Source: Narcine bancroftii (Eukaryota). From it: a stretch of 64,000 nucleotides of DNA. This document shows positions 25,026 to 37,177 of this stretch, one piece after another. The stretch covers positions 107,074,001 through 107,138,000 of the forward strand of contig NC_091478.1 in the NCBI RefSeq assembly GCF_036971445.1, given 5' to 3'. Numbering within the stretch: position 1 is the stretch's first letter; every line of letters begins with the position of its first letter. The position numbers and the translations under genes are program-made. Below the pieces are notes generated by a model. It searched no databases and was not told the origin of the DNA. It saw only the letters and a list, made by a program, of their open reading frames with translations.

Positions 25026-25505
25026 CAGTGCCCTCATTAATATTTGAGACAAACACACTTTTTTTTTCTTTATTTACCCCTGTGCTCCACAGTTTTAAAT
25101 TTATAATCAAACAATACACATGTAATTAAAGTGCACACTCCAGATTTTATTCAAGGTTAATATTTTTGGTTTGACCATGTAAAAATTACAGGACTTTTTT
25201 TTACAGTCCCCTCATTTTTAGGGCAGCATAATGTTTGGGACATTTGGCTTTGCACGTCTGTGAGTACTCGGGGTATGTTTAATTGCTTCATTGGTGCAGG
25301 TAAGAGAGAGCTGGGCTTCTAAGCTTTTGATCACCTTTGGAGTCTGTAGTTGCCATTTTCCAACACGAGGACTAGAGTGGCGCCAATGAAAGTCAAAGAA
25401 GCCGTTATGAGGCTGGAAAACAAGAATAAAACAGGAAAAGACATCGCCCAAACCTTAGGATGACCAAAATCAACAGTTTGGAAGATGGTTAAGAAGAAAG
25501 TGTAG
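25026..25505 (+). mobile_element. Tc1/mariner 5' remnant
   Basis: TA|CAGTGCCC terminus and a decayed HTH transposase N-terminus MKVKEAVMRLENKNKTGKDIAQTLG*PKSTVWKMVKKK from ~25386. Confidence 0.7.
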
Positions 25506-26305
25506 GAAACATCGTCCTCTGCCATAGGTGTTCTGTGGTTGGTAAGGAATTATTTAAGGTGGTATATGAGTGGGGGAAAAAGGTTGAGAACCACTGCCTT
25601 AGACAAAGCATAGAATATAAGATGAGAGAGTTTATGTTCATACTGTGTAAAATATTAATTGACTGCAATTTGAATGCTTAGATTTATAAACTATGCAGCA
25701 TGGAAACAGGTCCTTCAGTCCAACCCCTCCATAGCCAGCCAAGTTGTTTTCTGAGGTAGTCCCATTTGTCTAAGTTCAGTCAGTATCCCTCTAAATCTTT
25801 CTTTTCCATGGACCTGACTAAAAGTCTTTTTTAAATTTGGTCATTGTAGCTGCCTCTTCTACATACCTGCTACCTTCTCAGTGAAAATATTGCTGCTCTG
25901 TTCCCTTGTAAATCTTCCCATATCCTGGGAAAAAGTCTGTGACCATTCACCTTATTCATGTTTCTCATGATTTTATAAACCTGTATAAAGTCGTTACTCA
26001 GCCTCCTGCCCTACAGTGAAACAATGCCACATCTTTTCCAGTTTCTCCTGATAACTCAAGCCCTCCAGTCACAGTAACATCCTTGTGAATCTTTTCTACA
26101 TTCTTTCTAGGTTAATGTCATCCTTTCTGTCGCAGAGCAGGGAGAACTGCACACAGTGATCCCAAGTGTGGTCTTACACACCTGAAACATGACATCGCAA
26201 CCCCTGTACTCAGTGCCTTGACCAATAGAGACAAGTGTGCCAAAAGCTTTATTCCATCCACTTACAAAACTACGGGAAGAATGTGATGATTTTCGAAAGG
26301 GCGCA

Positions 26306-27304
26306 GAACAGATTTGAGAATGTCACCAGACTTTAGGGAAGGTTAGTTAGGCCAGGATTGCTTCCTTTGAACAGATTCTTTGAACAGAACAGATTTGAGA
26401 ATGTCACCAGACTTTAGGGAAGGTTAGTTAGGCCAGGATTGCTTCCTTTGAACAGATTCTTTGAACAGAACAGATTTGAGAATGTCACCAGACTTTAGGG
26501 AAGGTTAGTTAGGCCAGGATTGCTTCCTTTGAACAGATTCTTTGAACAGAACAGATTTGAGAATGTCACCAGACTTTAGGGAAGGTTAGTTAGGCCAGGA
26601 TTGCTTTCTTTGAACAGATTCTTTGAACAGAACAGATTTGAGAATGTCACCAGACTTTAGGGAAGATTAGTTAGGCCAGGATTGCTTCCTTTGAACAGAT
26701 TCTTTGAACAGAACAGATTTGAGAATGTCACCAGACTTTAGGGAAGATTAGTTAGGCCAGGATTGCTTCCTTTGAACAGATTCTTTGAACAGAACAGATT
26801 TGAGAATGTCACCAGACTTTAGGGAAGGTTAGTTAGGCCAGGATTGGTTTCTTTGAACAGAACAGATTTGAGAATGTCACCAGACTTTAGGGAAGATTAG
26901 TTAGGCCAGGATTGCTTTCTTTGAACAGAACAGATTTGAGAATGTCACCAGACTTTAGGGAAGATTAGTTAGGCCAGGATTGCTTCCTTTGAACAGATTC
27001 TTTGAACAGAACAGATTTGAGAATGTCACCAGACTTTAGGGAAGATTAGTTAGGCCAGGATTGCTTTCTTTGAACAGAACAGATTTGAGAATGTCACCAG
27101 ACTTTAGGGAAGATTAGTTAGGCCAGGATTGCTTCCTTTGAACAGATTCTTTGAACAGAACAGATTTGAGAATGTCACCAGACTTTAGGGAAGGTTAGTT
27201 AGGCCAGGATTGCTTCCTTTGAACAGATTCTTTGAACAGAACAGATTTGAGAATGTCACCAGACTTTAGGGAAGGTTAGTTAGGCCAGGATTGGTTTCTT
27301 TGAA
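26306..27304. repeat. 81/68-bp minisatellite, 13 copies, derived from a CR1 3' segment (intron 3)
   Basis: GATTTGAGAATGTCACC recurs at 26311, 26392, 26473, 26554, 26635, 26716, 26797, 26865, 26933, 27014, 27082, 27163, 27244. Confidence 0.95.
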
Positions 27305-29944
27305 ACATAAGAATGTAAGAGGAAATGTAATTAGAAGCATAAAATTCTATGCATAAACACTTTAGGTAAGAAGAACCCTCATTGACATCATTGTCCAGGA
27401 TCGAAGATTTAAAGTAATTTGTTGAAGAGAGTTGTCTAGTTTTCTTACCCAAAGGTGGTGTGTGAATCTGGAACTTGCAACTTAAGTGGTGGTGGAGATG
27501 GACTTTGTCATTGGTTTTAAATCACATTGGGATGTACACACCAGATGTGCAGGGACAACAAACAGACTGTGAAAGGGGCTGAAGTTCATTCGCTTTCATG
27601 GACAGGCACAGATTCAATGCCTTTCTCTCTGTCATTATTTCCATGAACCTTTTATTACTTTTTTATTGCATTTGGTTTTTTTTGAAGACTATGATAGCTT
27701 GCCAAGAAATGTAAACAATTTTAATTTCACAGAATATCAAACACAAATGGATGCATTAATTATTTTCCTCTGTTTAAAAGAACTGTAATTAGAATACGAG
27801 ATTAAGCAAGAAAATCTGCAGAAGCTGAGGTCAAGTGCATGCACAAAATTGCTGGAGAAACTCAGCAGGTCATATAGCATCCATAGGAAGTAAAAGGCAG
27901 TCAGATCCATATTCCTGATGAAGGATTCAGGCCAGAAACATTGACTGCAAAAGATCACCTGAAAGTCACTAAAGAATTAATCCATGTTATTTCCCTCTGC
28001 TATTGGACTTGAGGCCAAATTTAACGTATTTACCAATCATGGTAAATATTATACCTAACTCCAAATCAGGATTATCCTACGAATCATTCCCTTTTTCTAA
28101 GTCATTTCTAAACAGTGGCCATTTTTCAAAGCTCCTTGTCAATCCTGCTAATGAACTTTGAGCCCTACTTCATTTCAGTCCAAGTCCAGAAATGTGTCCT
28201 GAAGCTCGTAGCCGCCTGATGAGTTTACAGCAGGTAGTGAATGAATCAGCACAAATGATAAACCTTTTTATATCTCACTTGGTGAAATTGCATCTGTCCA
28301 TATTATCATGGTTAGAAGTAAGCACCCAACGTTCCTTGTTGTCACTCCTTTCTTCATATCATGGATACCCTCCTTTATTTTGTGCGACACTAGGTGGCAT
28401 TCATTAAATAGAACAGATATGGTAATTCAAAACTGGTTATTAATGTTCACAAGATATAGGAGCAGAAGTAGGCCCATTGGGTCTGATCATGAACTAATCT
28501 ATCCCTTCCCCCACTCACCCCCACTCCCTGGCTTTCTCCCTATAACCTTTGATGCCCTGACTAGTCAAGTACTTGTCAATCTGTGCCTTAAATACGCCCA
28601 AGAATCTCACTTCAACAGCCGCCTGTGGCAGCAAGTTCCACAGACTATAGAAATTTTGGTGTATTTCTGTTTTAGGTTGTCACCCTTTTATCCTGAAGTT
28701 GTGCCATCTTGTTCTAGACTCCTCTTTCATGGGAAACATCCTTGCCACATCTACTCTGTCCAGGCCTTTCAGCATTTGAAATGTCTCTGAGGTTCCCCCT
28801 CATCTTTCTGTACTCCAATAAGAACAGTCCAAGAGCCAACAAATGCTCCTCATATGCTAACCCTGGTAGTAATTCTTCCTCTGCAACACTAGCATGTCTT
28901 CTTAAATAAGGTACTCAAAACTGCACATGCAATGAAGCTCTGAACCATCAGCAGACGTTGATGTAATCACAATCTAAACTGTTGCAATCGATTCAAGAGT
29001 CTGACCTTGTTTGAGTGTGGAAGCCATGCCAGAGGCAACATCAAGCATACTGAACACAAGATGTCAATCTGCTGAAGCTGCAACACAGTATTATAGTCAG
29101 AGCTAAGTAGTTCCAACCAAATAATACATAAATCTAAATCTACATGATTATTTCACCATTCCGCTGTCCTCCCACATCAAGTCATGGATTCTGGTCTGCC
29201 ACTGAACTATCCTCTAATAGAACTGAGGACACATACTCCAAAAATAGCTTAACCTTGAGGCCAAGCTGCTCACGTACAGTCTCATCAGTGGTAACTGACA
29301 ATGTGGACAATTCAAACAAAACTAACTACAGTCTAATCAGATAACTTTTGCTCATTAGCTGAGTGATTAAAAAGTGGTCATTGACAATGCATCGAGAAGC
29401 ACTTACTCACTAATAACCTACTCAACAATGCCTTTGTTTGAGCAAAGACCAGAAGACCATTAGTGAAATGAGGCTGATTGCCTTCAACATCAGGCAATGT
29501 TTAATCAAGTAAGGGATCAAGGACCACTGGACAAACTAAAATTTGTAACTGCCAAGGGCAAATTAATCCAATGGAGCCATGACATTAGGGCTTTACTGTG
29601 TAGGAGAGTAATTAAGTCAGCCCTGGGTCTGATTCTGCGGAGTGTGATCAAGGTGCAAGAGGTGAAATCAATGGTGAAACAGTCCCTGCACCAGACCAGG
29701 TTCTCTCGGAAAGTTTGGCAGGAAAAATGTTCTGTTCCAACATTGGATCGCAGACATTGGCATTTATCTAACCTAACATCTTAGAACTTTCGTTTTATAT
29801 GAAATAACCATGATGAACTATTAATGTGTCCGTATAAAATATGACAAATTGTATCTGCATAATTGCTTTCAAATGGTCATCAATACTTTAGCTTAGGAAT
29901 TCAGAAATGTACAAGTGTGAAGAAGTACAAGGGTTTAGTAGTTT

Positions 29945-30886
29945 TGTTACGAGCCCAGAGAACCACAAAACCCAGCAGCAATAGATATTCACCAAGACAA
30001 ATGGTTACTTCAACAAAAGTTGCTTTTAATTATCTTTAAACATGAAAACAGAATCACACTTTAACTTATCACTATTGATTTACTTAACCTAATTTAGCCC
30101 CCTTCTAATTCTAAGCACAAGTGTATGTAATGTATGTGCAAGTTCAGAAAAATTCTTTGGTTCACAGTCCAATCTCACTTCTCATTCCTCCAAATTCACT
30201 GGTTGCTGGAAATTCTTGTACTGTGCACAGAATTTAACATTTGTAAAGCCTTTGGTGCTTGAAAGATAAATGGTTACCGCTCTGGAAGGTTCTTGTCAGT
30301 TTTCACTGAGAGTTTTGTTGTACAATGCACACCAAAACCTGCCCCCTTCAGGGTTCTTCAGATGATAACCTCTTTCTTTCAGGTCACCACAGAGTACCTT
30401 TTTGTTTCTCTTATTCCAAATGAAACATTAGACAGCCAGTCCTCTCCTCTTGCATGAACCACAAGGGCTTTGACCAGGCTGAATCAAGCACTTACAACCT
30501 GTCTTCTACATGGGGTTTTCCACAAGCTTGTCCTGTTTCAGTTCCAGTTTCAACTGCTGTTGCAACACTGTAGAAGTGATCTCTCTGTCTCTCTTAGAGA
30601 AAGTCTGTTTGACTCTCTCTGCTTGCAAAACCACATGACCCTCTTAGAACAACTCCAGACAATCTGCGGCTCCAAAAAGATCTTTCATCTGTTGCCTTGT
30701 TGTAAACAACAATCCATTAGTGAAGTCTCTTGGGCACTCTCCAAAGCTCTTACAAAGACTGTTGGCCCTGACATGTCTAGCTTGGAGCAGAGCTCCAGTA
30801 TTTCAAATCTGATCTGTTCTCAAGTGCCTGTATGTGACCCATTCGAACAAACCTTTCCCAAAAACATACCTATATACTCTGTCACA
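29945..30886. mobile_element. Solo LTR (942 bp)
   Basis: TGTTAC...GTCACA termini (TG..CA, imperfect inverted ends) and 4-bp TSD GTTT at 29941-29944 and 30887-30890. A related copy starts at 43750. Confidence 0.8.
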
Positions 30887-30911
30887 GTTTAATTTTGGTG
30901 TTTTGTGGTAG

Positions 30912-31064
30912 GCTATTGTTGGGCGAGATCATTCTCCCGAGATGACAGAGGACATTGACAAAATCACCACAGCCATTTTCTACTCCATCAGCTCGACACA
31001 GCCAGGACTGCAAGGGGTAGAACTTGGAAATTACCTCATCAAGCAAGTCGTAAAAAAGCTTCAG
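30912..31064 (+). CDS. MLYCD: Malonyl-CoA decarboxylase, exon 4
   Basis: ggtag|GCTATT...CTTCAG|gtatgt, 153 nt; [51 protein letters not shown]. Not in the ORF track; translated by hand. Confidence 0.94.
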
Positions 31065-31473
31065 GTATGTCTTAGCCAAAGGAAGTATGGCCACCTGTAA
31101 AGGCTGTTCTCCCGCAATGCTGAGATCAGCAGCGTTGGAGGCCAGTTTCAATAAGTGGTCTTGGCTCACAGTAAAGTTCAACAAACAATACATGAAAAGC
31201 TATCATTTCCCCATCTGACTAGAATTTTCTTCCAAATTTACTACCTTATTGGAATATATAATGATCTATCTTTCAGAAAATGTCATGGGAAATTCTTTTC
31301 ATAACTCCAAGATAGATTGTATATTATTTATATGTTCCATACTTTCACCTACCACCTTTTTTTTAATATTTAACCTGATGATTTTTTGTAAAATACCAGA
31401 TTATAGATTGAGATTTGAAGGAGGGAGTAAAGATAAATTGACCTAATTTCTCACATAAAGAGTTCAATGTGGC

Positions 31474-33485
31474 CTCTTCCAACATCTTGTCATTGGTTTC
31501 TTCCTGAACTCGTTTTGCTTTGTGCTCACAGTTTCACTAAAACTTCCTTTTGTACTTTATTTTGTGCACATCAGCCCTGGGTCCTTTCCCCTTCCTCCAC
31601 ATGCAACAAGGACAGGCTACCCTTGCCCCAATCTCTACCACCCCACCAGTCTCCACAAGCAGCATGTCATTCTTTGCAATTTCAACCACCTAAAACATAA
31701 AGCTACCACCAGACAGATCCCTCCCATCCCTTCTCCACTCTCCGTAGGGATCGTTCCATCCACAACTCCCTTATCCACTTACCCTCGGCCTCACCCCTTC
31801 CCACTTCCTTTTACCCATATAACAATTACAGCACAGAAACAGGCCCTTCTTGTCCATGTTAAACACCTTCTCCCCAATGATTTTTACTATACAAATCATT
31901 GAAAAAGTGTTATGATCATGCTCTTTAGGAAATTGGAGCGTTTGTAATTCCCTCATCTCTAGTGTCAATTATCATCCTGTTTGTTCATTGTTAGTGTGTT
32001 CATCCCACATTCATAATGTACAGATGGAGACGGGATCAAAAGATCTTCATTTTTCAGCATGAGTGACCCAGGTTGTCTGTAAGGAGTTTGAACGTTCTCC
32101 CTGTTCTCCAAGTGCTCCAGTTTCCTCCCGCCTTTCAAAAACTTAAAGGAGTTGTCAGTTAATTGGACGACACAGGCTCATGGGCTGAAAAGGCCTGTTA
32201 CCGTGCTGTTTGTTTAAAAAATAATTCAACTTTCAATAAGATGCACACATCCTGCTGAATGTAATGAATCAAAATGATGGAAACATTTTTACATTTTGTA
32301 AATGCAGTTATTTGAGTGTATTAATACAGTAAAACCTCTGGTATCCGGCACCTATGGGGATTGGCAGATGCTGTATATGTGTATATTCTGGTTGCTTGAT
32401 TGGCGAACTAACAGATAGCCACACCAATTTTAAACTTACATTTTTTTTACTCTTTATTTGAATTCTGGATATCAGGAGTTTTACTGTAGGTACTTTGACA
32501 GCAAGATGAAAGTATCCCTGCTGTGAAATCGTCAGTTCAAAGATGGCTTGATCTGTAACCCCAAGGCTTCTGTATCCAATAGTGCCTACAAGACACTAGT
32601 GATGTGATTGGCTCCATGTGTTGGGGGAGGGAGTGTGAGTCTATAAACCTGTCACTATCCACAGTCCTGCTGACCAACCCACCCAATTATATTGTCACTC
32701 CAGCACTCCCATCACAGTTTGCAATCTCTACTCTTTGTTCATTCATCTCCGTATTATCCTGAGGCTAGCCATGAATCAGCATGTTAACATAAGAGAAATA
32801 GAAGCAGGAGTATTTAACCCGTCAATCTCACCCTGCCATTGAATAAGATTATGGCTGTGGACTTAGCTCCACTTCCTTATCTATCCCAAAGTGTTCAATT
32901 CCCTAATTATTTCAAAATCTGATTTTGTCTAAATATATTTAATGAGGCTGTATATACTGTTTCATAGGGCAGAGAATTACAGATTCTTTGCATGTTGACA
33001 GAAGCAGTTCCTCCTTAACTCTGTCTTAAATCTATTTCCCTGAATTTTGAGGGCATGTCCCCTAGTTCTCACCTATCAGTGGAAATAATTTTCCTATGTC
33101 TACTTTGTATATTCTTTTCATAATTTTATGTTTCAATAAGATTGTCTCTTCCAGCGAGTATTGTCTCAAGCTATTTAATCTCTCCCTATGTTAACCCTCG
33201 TTAACCTCCTCTGCGCAACTTCCAAAGCCAGTACATTCTTTCTCAAATAAGGAGACCAGAAATTCACAGAACTCCACCTGCAGGCTCACCAGTACAGGTA
33301 CAGCAGCATCTCCCTGGGTGGTAGAGATTGGGGCAAGGGTAGCCTGTCCTCGTTGCATGTGGAGGAAGGGGAAAGGACCCAGGGCTGATGTGCACAAAAT
33401 AAAGAACAAAAGGAAGTTTTAGTGAAACTGTGAGCACAAAGCAAAACGAGTTCAGGAAGAAATCAATGGCAAGATGTTGGAAGAG
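31474..33485. repeat. Inverted duplication, ~170 bp arms (31474-31643 and 33316-33485), ~4 mismatches
   Basis: The same peptide LTVSLKLPFVLYFVHISPGSFPLPPHATRTGYPCPNLYHP appears on opposite strands in the ORF track; confirmed by reading the DNA. Confidence 0.92.
32327..32486. mobile_element. Tigger/pogo-type MITE
   Basis: TA|CAGTAAAAC...GTTTTACTG|TA terminal inverted repeats with TA TSD. Confidence 0.75.
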
Positions 33486-34295
33486 TCCCATCTAAAAATG
33501 ACTTCCCATTTGCCTTCTTGATTACTTGCTGCATTTGCAAAGAAACATTTTGTAATTCAGGAACATAAACTCCAAGGTATCTCTATGTAACAGCAAGGTG
33601 CAATTTTTCTGCATTTAAATAAATTTTAAATGACCTGGTAGCTGCCTGCTTAATTTTGCAGGTCAGATTTTATTTAAATGCTTCTTAAAGGGAGGATTAC
33701 ATGACATAATGATTCCTTAAGGCAAAGTTTATAAAATTTCACAAATTTTCAGATAAGTTGCTTTTGGGGCAAAACACAGCATCCACTTCACACGACAAAA
33801 ATAGGTTAATGCAATATCTTCTGGCCGGAGGGTCTAAAACTAGGGGATATTACTTTGTATAAGAAGGAGGTAGAAATGCCTTTCTTCTGCTATATTCTCA
33901 GCCTCCAGAGCTGTGAATACCTATCGATGAATATATTCAAAGCTAAGATCACTATTTTTGGATAGCAAAGGAACCAATACAAGTGGATTAATCATCATCT
34001 CCTTATTAAATGTTGAAGCAGCCTTTAAGAACTCTATTTCTGCTTCAGGTTCATGTCATTATAAATACTGTAACTTGAGTCCCTATTTATCTTGTGCCAG
34101 ATCAAATATCTTATAGTGCACAACCTTTATGTTGGTATTGCTCGTTTCATATCCCAGACATAATTTTAGTATTCTAAGTATTGGGTAACAATGGGACAAA
34201 ATGTGTTGGAGCAGAAGAAGCATAGTGTTGCAAGGATGGAGTAATATAACTTTACCAGTTGTATTTGAAATATATTTTTGATTTCTAATTTTCAG

Positions 34296-34829
34296 GGTGA
34301 GTTTCCTCACATTGAGCAGTTTTCCAGTCTGTCTCCAATACCTGGCTTTACAAAATGGTTGGTTGGAATTATCAATGACCAAATGAAGGAAGAGACTACA
34401 AGCAGGATCTTTACACCAGCCGAATACACAGAAATTCAGGCAATCGTGGGAGCTCCTGTGTTCGAAAAGCTTAAGAGTCTGCTTATCACCAATGAATGGG
34501 TAAAGTCTGAAAAACTTGTTCGAGTTCTTGAGTTACCACTGATTAGACTTTGTGCCTGGTACTTGTATGGAGAAAAACGTCGTGGAGCTGCACTTAATCC
34601 AGTAGCCAACTTTCATTTTCAAAATGGTGCTGTGATTTGGCGATTAAACTGGATGGCTGACACAAGTCCTCGTGGCATTTCATCATCCTGTGGTATTATG
34701 GTAAACTATCGCTATTTCCTAGAAAATACCAATTATAACAGTGTCCGGTACTTCGGGACAGGACATATTGAAGCATCTGAACAGGTTTTGAGTCTTGTAG
34801 CACAATTTAAAAAAAATAGTGACCTTTAG
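34296..34829 (+). CDS. MLYCD: Malonyl-CoA decarboxylase, exon 5 (catalytic GNAT-like domain, stop)
   Basis: ttttcag|GGTGAG. Contains SLSPIPGF and [11 protein letters not shown] (catalytic Ser and His motifs), [10 protein letters not shown] and GIMVNYRY. Ends [11 protein letters not shown]. Confidence 0.96.
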   Translation, partial: GEFPHIEQFSSLSPIPGFTKWLVGIINDQMKEETTSRIFTPAEYTEIQAIVGAPVFEKLKSLLITNEWVKSEKLVRVLELPLIRLCAWYLYGEKRRGAALNPVANFHFQNGAVIWRLNWMADTSPRGISSSCGIMVNYRYFLENTNYNSVRYFGTGHIEASEQVLSLVAQFKKNSDL

Positions 34830-34894
34830 AGGGCAAGATACTTTTCTTCAGGATATAGTGAATCAGTTCGATATGGGGCTTATTAGAGAGTGAC

Positions 34895-34900
34895 AATAAA
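34895..34900 (+). promoter_or_regulatory. Candidate polyadenylation signal AATAAA
   Basis: First AATAAA after the stop codon; usage unverified. Confidence 0.35.
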
Positions 34901-35364
34901 AAACTGCAACAAAAATTTAATTGTGAGAAAGTCATTGTGGTGTAGGGAACTTTAGTTTGCTGCCTTCTTGATTGCACACCATTTAATATATCCAAAGATG
35001 AGCCAAAATATTTAATTAGAATCTTATCTATTATTGACTTGTACATCAACTGAAATTGTAGTTACTTGGTCACGTGAAAGATTTTTTCTTGTTTATATTA
35101 GCAATTTTCATGACTGAAGGTAATGTTCATTTGTAAAGTGCTTTTGTCATACAGTTTAGTCAGAATATCCAACATTCCCAATAAGTAACTGGAATAATTT
35201 GCAAAACCTCAAAGCATGATCGTTTGAGGGTAAAGTAGCGATATTTTATCTAGAGTTGTAATATATCACAGAGTTTGAAAGCTTTCAGTGCTGACTGGTT
35301 GACATTCATCATTCTGCAAACTTTTAGCTGATGATGTTTAAACAGGACAATGTAATGATAATAG

Positions 35365-36030
35365 CATGGAGTCAGCGCACAGAGATGAGGGGCAGTCGCT
35401 AACAGAGTCAGCGTACAGAGAAGAGTTGCAGAGCTAACAACCTGTATCTGAATGTTAAAAAACAAAAGAGATGGTGGTCGACTTCAGGAGGGACTGGGGG
35501 AGAACCACGCTCCACTGTTGATGTCATCGAAGTTCCTTGGAGGGCAATTGGCAAGAAAGCTCATCCTCACTACATTCTACAGAGGTTGTATTGAGAGCAT
35601 CTTGTGCAACTGTATCACTGTCTGATTTGGAAACTGTACCTCCTTGGATCGCAAGACCCTGCAGAGGATAGTGAAGTCTGTGGAAAAGGTTATTGGGGTC
35701 TCTCTTTTTACCATGAAGGACTTGATGCAGGTGAAAGGCAATAAACATTGTGAAGGACTCCACACATCCAACACATAAACTGTTCTCCCTTCTGCCATCT
35801 GGTACTGTAGCATTCGGGCCTGTACATCCAGATTGGGAAAGTTTTTTTTCACCAAGCCATCAGACTCCTGAATTCCCAAAACATGTGCGGATAGTGTACT
35901 GTGGGCTTTTAATGTATATGTTTTCATATTTTAATGTGCTTAACTTCTGTTCTAACATATTTATTATGTAAATGTGGTCCTGGAGAAATGCTATCTCGTC
36001 TTTACCGTGCAAGCATAAGGTGACATGACT
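35365..36030 (+). mobile_element. Decayed Rex1/L2-type LINE 3' fragment
   Basis: Homologous to 50560-51250 (aacaacctgtatctgaatgtt..., cattctacagagg..., gcagaggatagtga). Confidence 0.7.
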
Positions 36031-36198
36031 TGACACTTGGTATCCCACCAGTGGAAAAAGTGCACCTCAGCCTGCTGTTATAAGTTATTGTAACAGAGAA
36101 TTGTTCATCACCCCACCAGGGTTATTCTGCCTTTTTTTTACTTAGTTATGTTCCAGCTCGACTAACTCTCCAAGTTCTAAATGTGCTCATGGTAAATC

Positions 36199-37177
36199 TA
36201 GTACAACTCCAATTATCTGAAATGGTCAGGACCGGGCCTATGTCGGATAAATGTTTTTTTTGGATAACTGGTCATTTTTAAAAACAGCCCAGTAGCAACA
36301 GCAAATCACTTGTATAAGTGTTTAAACAACAAGGGAAGGCTTTTTAAGCAATAAAATAATATTTCATTCTTACAAAAAAAAGCAGCCGCAATGCTGCCAC
36401 CTGCTGTTGATCCCCGGGGAGACTCACTGGCAAGTTGGCAGGCTCCTATCTCCCTGGTCACCTGAAGTCCTGTCTCCGAATTCTCCCCTGAGCTAACTGC
36501 ACAAGCCGAGGGGAGGGTTCGGAATCGGGAGCTTCGCTGTTCTCCTTGATCATAAGATAAAGGAAAAGAGGCAGGACACTAGGCCCATCACGTCTGTTCC
36601 ATGGCTATGCACCAAGCTAAACTGAACTCAACCCTAGTTCCCATTACCAGCCATTATCACCATATTCCTTGATTGTCTTACTAATGAGATACCTATCCAT
36701 TTCTTGTTTAAATACTCTCAGTGATCTGGCCTCCACTGTAGAAGTTCTTTCTCCTCTCTGTTTTAATTGGCTAACTTCTAATTTTAAGACTATGATCTCA
36801 TGTCTTTGACTTGCCCACCAAGGGAAACATCCACTCTGTCAAAACCTAAAATATCTATGAGATCCCCCTTACTCTCCTCCAGGACAAGGGATTCTTCCAA
36901 CTGCTTGTGGCTGGTAGATCATGGTGCGCAGTTTCAGAGAGAGAGTTGGACAGAAAAGTTTAACAGGGGAAGCTAAAGAAGAAATGGAAAGAGAGAGGCG
37001 AAGGAGTTACGGGAAATTAGGACAATCGGCGTTCTAATTTCATGTCGGGTGAATTTTTTTTTCAAGCTATGCGGTCAGTTCGGCTCCGATTTAAAATTTT
37101 GGATAAATGAGGATTTCTGATTGCTTCAGATTGTCCAAAAGCCTCATTTATCTGATTTCAAATAGTCAGTTGTACTG
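36199..37177. mobile_element. Tigger-like DNA element with nested insertions
   Basis: Ends (t)AGTACAACT ... AGTTGTACTG|TA, with a CR1-tail-like fragment inside. Confidence 0.5.

Noticed and set aside
26306-27304. Regularly spaced repeats resembling a CRISPR array
   Set aside because: There are no unique spacers (whole units are repeated), no cas genes, and the context is a vertebrate intron.
30470-30892. 140-aa ORF just upstream of exon 4
   Set aside because: It lies within the solo LTR, has no recognisable domain, and is likely a chance ORF.
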